Part shown: piece by piece, positions 18,735 through 26,351 of the stretch
How positions within the stretch are numbered: the stretch's first letter is position 1
How the letters are laid out: each line of letters starts with the position of its first letter
From: a virus
Reading direction: 5' to 3' (one strand)
IMG/VR virus record: IMGVR_UViG_3300045988_043806
Length of the DNA stretch: 60,400 bases
Translations under genes and position numbers: made by a program
The notes under the pieces: generated by a model
The model's database searches: none
Told to the model about the DNA's origin: nothing
Seen by the model: only the letters and a program-made list of their open reading frames with translations

Positions 18735-19013
18735 TTATTTCTTTTCCTTGCTTTCCTCTGGATTTTTCTTAGGTCTGCCTCCAAGTTTTCCTCTTTCCTG
18801 CTGTTTCCGGCAGTATTCTTTTCTTTCCTCGGTTTCCATATCCATTTTTGTCCGAATGAATATAAATGCCATATCCGCCGCCGCACTCAAGTCTTTTGGT
18901 TCTTCGCCCCTCCATCTGTAAATCATAAGCGCTTTGAAGAGTGTCCCCATATCTCTATCGCTCAACGTCATTACCGGCTCTGCAATATCAGGGTGTAGAA
19001 TTAAATCCTCCAT
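18735..19013 (-). CDS. small paralogue of the replisome-organizer N-terminal domain (DUF6291-like)
   Basis: 92 aa. MAFIFIRTKMD...ERGKLGGRPKK parallels MAFSFIRSQLK...RNGKLGGRPKK of the 1089..1787 product. Confidence 0.5.
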   Translation of the reverse strand: MEDLILHPDIAEPVMTLSDRDMGTLFKALMIYRWRGEEPKDLSAAADMAFIFIRTKMDMETEERKEYCRKQQERGKLGGRPKKNPEESKEKK

Positions 19014-19025
19014 GCCTCACGCCTC

Positions 19026-19295
19026 CTATCTGCCTTTCTTGATTCTATCTGCCTTTGTTTCTGTTGCCTCGCTTTGAAGAAATTTCTTTATTCCCTCTCT
19101 GCAATACTGTCCTGTGTACGGATTCGGACACGCTCGCTCGCCAGCTTCATGTGCAATCGCATCATCATAAATACAGTACGCGCATTTCTTGAATGCCCCT
19201 CTCAATATTGCACTTGCTATCGCATCATCGCTTGCACTGTTAAGCATTTCCCTTACTGTCATAGCTCCCTGTACCTCCTGTTCTGAATAAATCAC
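19026..19295 (-). CDS. hypothetical protein
   Basis: 89-aa ORF in operon context. Confidence 0.45.
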   Translation of the reverse strand: MIYSEQEVQGAMTVREMLNSASDDAIASAILRGAFKKCAYCIYDDAIAHEAGERACPNPYTGQYCREGIKKFLQSEATETKADRIKKGR

Positions 19296-19512
19296 ACGCC
19301 ATCATAAAGCCTGCGATGAATCCCTGCTTTTCTCTGCTATCTCCATACTGGACCATACTGTCCCATATATCGCCCTGCAATTTCATAAGGCTGTTATCTG
19401 CTTTGCTGCATATATTTCTAAACTGGCGAATCGCCTCCTGCTCCTCTCCGCTTTCTGCGCTCTCCATGCGCTCATCGACATATGCCTGATACAGTAAATC
19501 AATCGTTCTCAC
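19240..19512 (-). CDS. hypothetical protein
   Basis: 90-aa ORF. The 3' end overlaps the next ORF by 56 nt. Confidence 0.4.
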   Translation of the reverse strand: MRTIDLLYQAYVDERMESAESGEEQEAIRQFRNICSKADNSLMKLQGDIWDSMVQYGDSREKQGFIAGFMMACDLFRTGGTGSYDSKGNA

Positions 19513-19531
19513 TTTCCGCCCTCCTGTTCCG

Positions 19532-19708
19532 TTATCCTAAGTAATCGTACCTTGTGTGCCAGTGGTATTGGTAAAATCCATTGGCAGGGTTAATCCCCTC
19601 GTACCGTTCTCGCCATTCTTTCAACATTTCCCGATATGTAAACAGCTCTCCTGTTTCTTTATTCCGGTACAGTTTCGCCGGCTGTTCGCCGGTATTTTCT
19701 TTATCCAT
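19532..19708 (-). CDS. small hypothetical protein
   Basis: GGGAGG RBS before ATG 19708 (MDKENTGEQPAKLYRNKETGELF...). The longer track ORF is probably an upstream extension. Confidence 0.4.
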   Translation of the reverse strand: MDKENTGEQPAKLYRNKETGELFTYREMLKEWRERYEGINPANGFYQYHWHTRYDYLG

Positions 19709-20375
19709 CCTGCTCGCCTCCCTCTTCCGGTAAATACTCAACTTTAATGTGAGCCGCCATGAAGCAATCAGGTTCTCCGTCAAATTCGTTGCCTGCGGAT
19801 GAGTTGAGCGTATCTCCTCTTTCCTCGCAGCACTCTCTCGGACTGCAACAGTCTGTATTCTTCCAGAGCTTTCCGTTTTCATCCTCATACACGTACCGTC
19901 CCCAATCATCCCTGCCGATATATTTCAGATGCAATGTTTTAATCTTTACAGCAGCCAATTCATAATTGATAACATCAAAATGTCCGAGCGGCTTTTTGTA
20001 TTCGATATAGCCCCATGCCTGGCAGCCTACTTCCTCAACAAACTTTTTATTGTCGAAGTTCTCAATCTCCAGGACTTCGTTATTTTTTGGCTTCGGGTAT
20101 CCTCCCGGCATGATTGGACGCTGTGTGCTGTAATACCTGTACCCTGCCGGGGAGATTTTCTTTTCTTTCGCATCAGGGTAATGTGCTATGACATCCTGTT
20201 TCGCATCCTCTATTGTTTTGAATGGTCCTGTCCCTGCGGCTCCTTTTCCCTTGTCCTCATCATAAAGAAAATGATTGTGGTATCCATCAACGTCCTGGAC
20301 TATTGCGATATGATTCACGTATCCATCATCCATATGCAGTGCTGAATGAAACATTGCTACAATATTCGCCATCAT
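19701..20375 (-). CDS. hypothetical protein (polyvalent-protein-like domain?)
   Basis: 224 aa. The YRYYSTQRPIMPGGYPK motif resembles domains of large polyvalent proteins of conjugative elements and phages (family uncertain). Cys-rich C-terminus. Confidence 0.5.
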   Translation of the reverse strand: MMANIVAMFHSALHMDDGYVNHIAIVQDVDGYHNHFLYDEDKGKGAAGTGPFKTIEDAKQDVIAHYPDAKEKKISPAGYRYYSTQRPIMPGGYPKPKNNEVLEIENFDNKKFVEEVGCQAWGYIEYKKPLGHFDVINYELAAVKIKTLHLKYIGRDDWGRYVYEDENGKLWKNTDCCSPRECCEERGDTLNSSAGNEFDGEPDCFMAAHIKVEYLPEEGGEQDG

Positions 20376-20425
20376 TTGTATGTCCTCACTTTCTGCCCTC
20401 GTACCCTCCGGGGCGGGTAACTGTT

Positions 20426-20740
20426 TTATAATTCAAATGCCATTGCTGCATCTTTCTCCGATGCTCCCTGTTCCATGCAGGCGTTGTATCTCATCAACTG
20501 CCGTTCCTCTTTAATCTCCCTGATTCTCTTTAAGGTTGGCCAGTCCACCAATGCGCCCACGCAATACGCCTTTTCCATAAGCTCCTCGACTTCGCTGATT
20601 CTTTCCTGGACCTCATCCCACTGCTCGTCTGTATATGTGTGTGCCGGTGCCTCCTGCATGTCAATTTCGATGCATTTCAGCTTATCGTGCATCGAATACA
20701 GGTTGAAATGTTCGCTCTCGTTTACTCTGTACTTTTTCAT
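20426..20740 (-). CDS. hypothetical protein
   Basis: 104-aa ORF in operon context. Confidence 0.5.
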   Translation of the reverse strand: MKKYRVNESEHFNLYSMHDKLKCIEIDMQEAPAHTYTDEQWDEVQERISEVEELMEKAYCVGALVDWPTLKRIREIKEERQLMRYNACMEQGASEKDAAMAFEL

Positions 20741-20754
20741 CAGCTCTGCTCCTC

Positions 20755-21243
20755 CTAAAACATAGTATCAAGAATCCTCTGGATAAGTTTTTCGCTTTCC
20801 TCAACCAACTGTTTGTTATGTCTGTTGTCCTGCACAGCCTGCTTAAATTCTGCGCTATCCGGATTGTCCGCAAATTCAACAATTTTTCTGGCGGATTCTT
20901 CTGTTCTTCTTATCGCCTCCGCCTTGCTATCAATAAGAATAGCTTTTATTGCGCCAGCCTCTTCCAACGTGAGAACTTTCTGTTCAAGTTCTTCGACAGT
21001 TCTCTTCTCTGCTTCATAATCTTTCACTGCACTTTCGTACATTTCTTTATATTTTGCTGCCTCTGCCGCCGAACTTTCGGCTCTCTGTTTCATGCTGCAT
21101 CCGAAATCATTTTCAATGTTTCCCTCGGCAATTTCAAAGCATCCCTCAAATGCCATGCTGATATAGCTATCCTCTCCAAGGTCTGTCACGATTTTTTTGA
21201 TTTTTTCCAACGCTTTCCGTTCCTGCTCTTTGGTTGCTGCCAT
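20755..21243 (-). CDS. hypothetical coiled-coil protein
   Basis: AGGAGG 8 nt before ATG 21243 (MAATKEQERK...). The track start 21282 is a GTG without an RBS. Confidence 0.5.
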   Translation of the reverse strand: MAATKEQERKALEKIKKIVTDLGEDSYISMAFEGCFEIAEGNIENDFGCSMKQRAESSAAEAAKYKEMYESAVKDYEAEKRTVEELEQKVLTLEEAGAIKAILIDSKAEAIRRTEESARKIVEFADNPDSAEFKQAVQDNRHNKQLVEESEKLIQRILDTMF

Positions 21244-21290
21244 CTCTATGTCCTCCTGCATTCCGCTCTTGATTTCTTCCACCGCCCTGC

Positions 21291-21337
21291 TATAATAAAA
21301 GGGTAAGGCTTGGCGGTGGCAGGAACCGCCTTACCCT
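21291..21337 (-). terminator. intrinsic terminator between leader ORF and the P3 operon body
   Basis: Minus strand AGGGTAAGGC-N18-GCCTTACCCT (10-bp stem; the loop holds a nested GGCGG/CCGCC pair) followed by TTTTATTATA. Confidence 0.6.
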
Positions 21338-21358
21338 TATTACGGATTGGAAACCCTC

Positions 21359-21502
21359 TTACTTACCAGGTGTCGGGGTTTCCTTTTTTAATACCTCAAT
21401 TTTCTTTCGTATGATGCCTGCGGCATCTTCTCCGGTCTTTGCTTTCAGCTCCACGTTTTCTGCTAATGTTTCTAAAAATAAAATCAACTCTGTCTGTGTC
21501 AT
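21359..21502 (-). CDS. small leader ORF (47 aa)
   Basis: Hand-translated MTQTELILFLETLAENVELKAKTGEDAAGIIRKKIEVLKKETPTPGK. GGAGGA 7 nt upstream. Lies between P3 and the terminator. Confidence 0.35.
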   Translation of the reverse strand: MTQTELILFLETLAENVELKAKTGEDAAGIIRKKIEVLKKETPTPGK

Positions 21503-21547
21503 TTTAAATTCCTCCATGTACTCTTAACCTCCTGCCTTGGTTTATTC

Positions 21548-21603
21548 CAACTCGTTTTATTGAGTTGTTGACATTATAATAACACGTAGGTTAGTAGTGT
21601 CAA
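21548..21603 (-). promoter_or_regulatory. promoter cassette P3 (-35 TTGACA, -10 TATTAT) with inverted repeat
   Basis: TTGACA(21603..21598)-N16-TATTAT(21581..21576), then CAACTC-N8-GAGTTG (21548..21567). Confidence 0.6.
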
Positions 21604-21715
21604 TATGTTTATTTACAATTTTTGAAAAAGTTTTTGAGGTACAAATGAACATAAATATATTTATATATCTGTATCTTTATCTGTTTCTGTATCTGTATCG
21701 GGTTTTTTCGGTTCA

Positions 21716-21941
21716 GAAAATAACCGTTCGGTAATTCGGTTTTTATTTTAGAAATGAATCATCAGAAAATCCTTATTTTATGCGGCTTTCAAGGATTGTA
21801 AGAAAATAACCGTTCGGCTTTTCGGTTTTCTGTACTGGTGGTACAAATTTTGAAGTCCAGGTTTGAACCTGGTACAAACTCAAAAAATAAACCGAAATTT
21901 TCCGAACGCATAAAAAAATAACCGTTCGGTATCGGTCGGTT
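21716..21941 (+). repeat. iteron-like direct repeats in an AT-rich non-coding region
   Basis: GAAAATAACCGTTCGG at 21716 and 21802, and AAAAATAACCGTTCGG at 21914, each followed by TTCGG/TCGG repeats. At least 8 TTCGG/CCGAA pentamers in about 230 bp. No ORF. Confidence 0.6.
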
Positions 21942-22007
21942 ACCAAACGATTATTTTATCAACTCAATATTTTGTGGATAATGTGAATAACTATGGGGAT
22001 AACTCTG

Positions 22008-22942
22008 TTATTGTATCTGCTCAATATCTCCATTATCGAGATAAACTATAAAATCCTGGAGGACTGTTCCACTGAACATCAGGTTAGCATCGTGCTCCTC
22101 TCCCTTTACATACTCATGGACCGTAACGAACAGGTTTCCGCTAAGATACTGTATCTTCGTTGTTGTATTATTATAAAAATTCACAATGCAGTGAATCTCA
22201 TCATCGTTCGTAAATTTCCATTGGTAGTAATCTTTTGCGTATTCCACCATCTGCACATCCGCAGAAATGGCAGACACTCTCCACTTTCCAGTAACATCAT
22301 TCCGCACTTTATCCCTGGAAAAGGTTGCATCTATATCGTGACAGCTCTTGTCACTGATTCCGTACATTCCATCCCGGTGTGGTACTTCCTGCGTTTCAGG
22401 CTCTTTGGATTCCTCCTGCGTGTCCTCTACCGCCGCAGGCTCTGTTGTTTCTTCCTGCTTTATCAATTCCCCTGTTGTGTAGTTATACGCATCCTTACCG
22501 GTTGTAGGATAATACAAATGTCCGTTCTCGCTGTCAGTGATATAAACAACCGTCCAGTTATTATTCAGGTACTGGCATCTGACGATAAGGTTTTGTGCAT
22601 CTGTGATAAGGTAAGCCTCCATATCGACAACACTTCCGGCTGTCTTGTAATTCCCCCAATAGCAATCAGAAACTTTCTTTACTCCAATCGACTGTAAAGC
22701 CGTTTCCAGAGCTTTGACCGCTCCATCCCCATCCGGGCATGATTCAGCCTGTTCTTGCGTTATTTTTGTGAATCCGTCCGGCATTTCTACCGTCGATGTC
22801 GGCTCTACTTCGCTACTTTCGCTTTCCGCTACGCTCTCGGTCTGCGAGGTATCAACATCCGTTGTACCCCCCCCCCCGAACATCCGTTCAGGGCAAGACC
22901 AGTTATGGCAAACGCCAATAATAAAAAATGTCTTTTTCTCAT
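22008..22942 (-). CDS. putative surface lipoprotein, with signal peptide out of frame with the body at a G11 tract
   Basis: AGGAGG-N10-ATG(22942) encodes MRKRHFLLLAFAITGLALNGCS, then G11 (22877..22867). The 291-aa body (22883..22008) is in another frame; G12 or G9 would fuse them. Confidence 0.55.
22867..22877. repeat. C11/G11 homopolymer tract
   Basis: Eleven consecutive C on the plus strand, immediately after the lipobox Cys codon. Confidence 0.95.
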
Positions 22943-23068
22943 TCCTCTTAGACCTCCTGGCTTTTTCTACAGTCTACCATATATGCATAATATTTTCGAG
23001 TATAAAAAAAGAACCCCTCCACCACATTTTGTGTGATAGAGAGGTCCGTTCTCCTTATTTGTCAAGCA

Positions 23069-24577
23069 TTAACAGCGTACAGAATATTCTGACTGTAACG
23101 AAAACCATCCTGCGCCAGATTTCAGCTTGCCCCATTTTACGCCATTTACAGTGCGTTCTTCCACTACTGTATATTTGTAACTCTTTTTCAAATATCCCAG
23201 TACCTTTGTTCCACTGGTTCCAGGATTGTCCCTGTATCTCAATCCATCAACTGTGATTTTTACCACATAGTTGCATGACGTTCCGGTATTTGCCGATGCC
23301 GGATATACCTTGTTTCCGTTGGAATCAAATACGCTATAACCCTTATTTTCGTCAGCACATTTTTTTGCGTTTTCCAGGCTCGTAAATGCACCTTTCTGAC
23401 TCGCTGCATCAGCCCAGGTTTTACGCACTCTGTACATCTGCTTTGTCTGCGTTCCACCGGAAGTGCTGTTGCCGGTTCCTCCACCATTAAGGATGGATTT
23501 TACCATATTTTTGAATGCTACCCATTCAGCATTGTTACTTCCTGCCATCTGTGCCGGGCAATTCTTTCCTGTAACATCCCAGTGACGGAGTACATACTTG
23601 TCAACTTCGCCTGCACTGATGCCAAGCATTTTACAGATATACGCGCACAGATATGCGGCGTTCTGTTTAGTCTTTTCGGAAATCTTATAATTTCCGGCGG
23701 TACAGCACATCTCAATACCGATACTGTTTGCATTTCTGCAATATGCGTGTTTATATGTCTGCGCTCCACAATGCCATGCTACAGAATTTAACGGTACACT
23801 CTGGTAGATTTCCGTATCATCCACAAACAAATGGGCGGATGCATTTCTTCCGGCTCCACCGAAATAGTTTGCATTCGCCCTTGCTGTGTCCTTATTATTT
23901 CCTGTGTAATGCATAGTCACGTATGAAGCATCTCTGCTTGACCTGCTGCTGTAATTATCCGGGTTGCATCTCAAATCAGATTTGATTTTAATTCCATTGA
24001 TAACGGCTGAAAGCCATCCTGTTGTAATCGTCTTTCCCATGATAGATGTTCCTCCTTTTCCAGACGCATATTTGTCATAAAATTTCTGTCCGCATTCGGC
24101 TCTTTCTTTTTGTACGGAACTTCCCTGGTTTGCCGGTTTTTCAAAATTAAGCAGTACGGCATTTGATGCCTGGGAAACGCTCGTTGCTGTTTTCAGCACG
24201 TTCAGCACAGATTTATAGCTGCTGCTCAATTCCTGTATAAGAAATTCGAGTTGCATTTCCAGGTCACCGATGGAGGCTCCCTTTTCCTGCGCATACTTCT
24301 GCAGGTTTTGTTTTCTGCTCCAATACGTCCACTGCGCAATGCCGTATCCTGCTTTGTCATGTACGAAATTCTGATAATCGCCATTGTCTACGGATGTTGT
24401 GTAGGTATCATCCGTAAATCCCAGTATTTTCTCGTAGGTATTCTGCAAGTTAATAGGGCTCAACCCACTTTCTCGGTCCAGATTTCCCATCAAACCTGCA
24501 ACACCAAATGGATTAAGCCCCTTGCTTATCAGAAAATTCCAGATGCGCTCTTCATTGCTATTTCCTTTGAGCGACAT
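23069..24577 (-). CDS. multidomain endolysin (lysozyme-like N-domain, Amidase_2, SH3-like C-terminal repeats)
   Basis: 502 aa. GVAGLMGNLDRESGL...GIAQWTYWSR (phage lysozyme-like). YVTMHYTGN...SAHLFVDD...IGIEMC...RHWDVTGKNCP (N-acetylmuramoyl-L-alanine amidase). C-terminal SH3-like WGKLKSGAGWF. Confidence 0.85.
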   Translation of the reverse strand: MSLKGNSNEERIWNFLISKGLNPFGVAGLMGNLDRESGLSPINLQNTYEKILGFTDDTYTTSVDNGDYQNFVHDKAGYGIAQWTYWSRKQNLQKYAQEKGASIGDLEMQLEFLIQELSSSYKSVLNVLKTATSVSQASNAVLLNFEKPANQGSSVQKERAECGQKFYDKYASGKGGTSIMGKTITTGWLSAVINGIKIKSDLRCNPDNYSSRSSRDASYVTMHYTGNNKDTARANANYFGGAGRNASAHLFVDDTEIYQSVPLNSVAWHCGAQTYKHAYCRNANSIGIEMCCTAGNYKISEKTKQNAAYLCAYICKMLGISAGEVDKYVLRHWDVTGKNCPAQMAGSNNAEWVAFKNMVKSILNGGGTGNSTSGGTQTKQMYRVRKTWADAASQKGAFTSLENAKKCADENKGYSVFDSNGNKVYPASANTGTSCNYVVKITVDGLRYRDNPGTSGTKVLGYLKKSYKYTVVEERTVNGVKWGKLKSGAGWFSLQSEYSVRC

Positions 24578-24595
24578 GGTATCATCTCCTGTCTT

Positions 24596-24955
24596 TTATT
24601 CAGTTTTTGTTGTCTGTTCGTCTACTGCTTCGATTACGATTCCTGCGTTTTCCTCCATCTTCATCTGCTTGACAGCCGCTTCAATCAAAATGTTAAGCTG
24701 TTCATCAGTAATGGAAATATTCTTTGCTGTCAGCATTTCTTTTAGCAGGTCAGTAACAATAGCTTTTTTCTCGGCTCCACTCTTTGATGTGAGTACCTGC
24801 TGCGCGTATAGTACGGCCTGTGTAACCATCTTTTCGATGGCTGCCATCTTATCCTGCTCGATTCTGCTTTTAAGCCAAGGAATAACGTATCTGGCAATCA
24901 CAGCCACGCAAACCATAATCAGTAACTTTAATGCTTCAAAAATAATGTCATTCAT
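24596..24955 (-). CDS. holin (LL-H-type) candidate
   Basis: 119 aa. Single N-terminal TM (LKLLIMVCVAVIARYVIPWL) followed by a helical domain. Immediately upstream of the endolysin. Confidence 0.6.
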   Translation of the reverse strand: MNDIIFEALKLLIMVCVAVIARYVIPWLKSRIEQDKMAAIEKMVTQAVLYAQQVLTSKSGAEKKAIVTDLLKEMLTAKNISITDEQLNILIEAAVKQMKMEENAGIVIEAVDEQTTKTE

Positions 24956-25302
24956 CCTCTGTTGTCCTCCACATTTTCTATGTTTTCATTTTCACTGTTA
25001 CTGGTCCCCATATACCGGGAACCCTTGCCGCCAAAATCGTTGTATTTGAATATGTTTTCAACACCTGCTTTGACTATGTTCGCCCCCACCACAATTCGGA
25101 ACGTTTCATTCGTTTCGCTTATAAGAGTATCTAGGTAGCTGAATTGCCCGGTTTCCTTTATCGCAACCACAATCACGACCAGGGAATACAGCCAGTTCAG
25201 CACATACAATACCGACAGGCAGTTCACAATCATTTTGGTATGCTCCCACATCCAAAGAATGGCGGCTTTACTTTTATTTTTAGTAACTCTTCTTTTCCTC
25301 AC
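24952..25302 (-). CDS. membrane protein (lysis-cassette associated)
   Basis: GTG start with GGAGG RBS. Two hydrophobic helices (MIVNCLSVLYVLNWLYSLVVIVVAI). Confidence 0.5.
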   Translation of the reverse strand: MRKRRVTKNKSKAAILWMWEHTKMIVNCLSVLYVLNWLYSLVVIVVAIKETGQFSYLDTLISETNETFRIVVGANIVKAGVENIFKYNDFGGKGSRYMGTSNSENENIENVEDNRG

Positions 25303-25316
25303 TCCGCAACCTCCAA

Positions 25317-25670
25317 TCAGTAAAGTTGATGTAAAGCCTGGGAGTTCAGGAAATCTTTCTGTTCATGCTTCACTTTCTGAGCATAATCCAGGGCGGCGTG
25401 CATATCTCCATTGCATTTCGCATCAGGGATACGCTGTACCGCTTTTGCTGTGGCTTCTCCGAGCGCAAGCGAGGCATTTATGCAGTTGATGATGCACAGC
25501 TCGCCCTTTTCTCTCGCCTGTTCCCTCTCGTCCTGCTCTTTCTGCCTTTTCTTGCGTTCCTCCTTGTCCCGCTCCTCTCGCTTCTCCATGTGGTGTTCCA
25601 AGCACCAAAAGCAAAAACCTGTGATTGCCGATGGAATCCCTATGGCGATGGCTAATGAAAATAAATCCAT
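25317..25670 (-). CDS. membrane protein (lysis-cassette associated)
   Basis: Start at MDLFSLAIAIGIPSAITGFCFWCL. One TM, then a highly charged Lys/Glu/Arg segment. Confidence 0.5.
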   Translation of the reverse strand: MDLFSLAIAIGIPSAITGFCFWCLEHHMEKREERDKEERKKRQKEQDEREQAREKGELCIINCINASLALGEATAKAVQRIPDAKCNGDMHAALDYAQKVKHEQKDFLNSQALHQLY

Positions 25671-25690
25671 TGTCCTATACTTCCTTTCTC

Positions 25691-25960
25691 TCACTCCAAC
25701 AAATCCAGGTAGTCAGCCGGTGCGTCCTGCGGAGTAAGGTTGTAATCCTCAATTATTTTCTGAATAACAACACTGAAAATGGCATCCGTAAGCGCATCCT
25801 CGAAAGGACGGTACGAATGCCATATCAAATGGTTATGCAGGTTGAATAATTTTTCTTCATTCTCCTGCTCTTCTGTATTCAGATGTAATTCCCTTGCCGC
25901 ATCCTCCAACCGGTCAAAGTTGTAATATTCTGACAAGGGCGGTATCGATATTTTATTCAT
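25691..25960 (-). CDS. hypothetical protein
   Basis: 89-aa acidic ORF. Confidence 0.45.
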   Translation of the reverse strand: MNKISIPPLSEYYNFDRLEDAARELHLNTEEQENEEKLFNLHNHLIWHSYRPFEDALTDAIFSVVIQKIIEDYNLTPQDAPADYLDLLE

Positions 25961-26011
25961 AAGGCATTATGCCAGGTGGACTTCTGCAAAGCACCTGCTT
26001 TTTCCCTCCTC

Positions 26012-26191
26012 TTACTGGTATTCCTTTCCGGTAATCTCCGTATATTCTTCTGCTGTGATTCTCTTTTTCTTGACAGCATTTTTTACCATGGCGGCGTTCC
26101 AGAAACCGCTGTCATGGTAACCTTTGATGTCCTCAAATTTAGGACTGTGCTGTACTTCCTGCGCCTGTTCCATGTTCTGTGTATCACTCAT
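26012..26191 (-). CDS. XkdX-like small phage protein (59 aa)
   Basis: Hand-translated ...YHDSGFWNAAMVKNAVKKKRITAEEYTEITGKEYQ, matching the XkdX pattern (W..., ITxEEYxEITG). Below the ORF-track cut-off. Confidence 0.5.
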   Translation of the reverse strand: MSDTQNMEQAQEVQHSPKFEDIKGYHDSGFWNAAMVKNAVKKKRITAEEYTEITGKEYQ

Positions 26192-26351
26192 CGTCTACGC
26201 CTCCCATTTCGTTTTTATCTTCTGTCGGAATATCAATATCTGCCATCATAGCCAGATAATCAATCATGGCTGCCTGCTCTGCAACTGTTGCACGCAGGTT
26301 TTCATTCGCCCGGCTATCATAAATACTGCCGTCCATCTGCTTAATTCTCAT
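26184..26351 (-). CDS. small hypothetical protein (55 aa)
   Basis: Hand-translated MRIKQMDGSIYDSRANENLRATVAEQAAMIDYLAMMADIDIPTEDKNEMGGVDDE. The start overlaps the RT stop and the stop overlaps the next start. Confidence 0.35.
   Translation of the reverse strand: MRIKQMDGSIYDSRANENLRATVAEQAAMIDYLAMMADIDIPTEDKNEMGGVDDE

Noticed and set aside
21300-21337. Highly structured GC-rich segment that could be mistaken for a tRNA or small RNA gene.
   Set aside because: It is too short, forms a single long hairpin with a T-tail, and has no cloverleaf arms or anticodon-loop features. It is annotated as a terminator.
21716-21941. Possibility that the direct repeats form a CRISPR array.
   Set aside because: There are only three ~16-nt repeats with irregular 86/112-bp spacing. 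The spacers themselves contain related sub-repeats, and there are no cas genes.
21973-21981. Perfect DnaA-box consensus (TGTGGATAA, the reverse complement of TTATCCACA) next to the iteron region.
   Set aside because: A single 9-mer match is expected by chance at roughly 0.5 per 60 kb on two strands, and I saw no cluster. It is noted only as weak context for the origin hypothesis.
21993-22697. 234-aa plus-strand ORF opposite the lipoprotein gene.
   Set aside because: Its composition is hydrophobic and low-complexity, it has no RBS, and the minus-strand frame gives a normal protein-like sequence with a signal peptide upstream.
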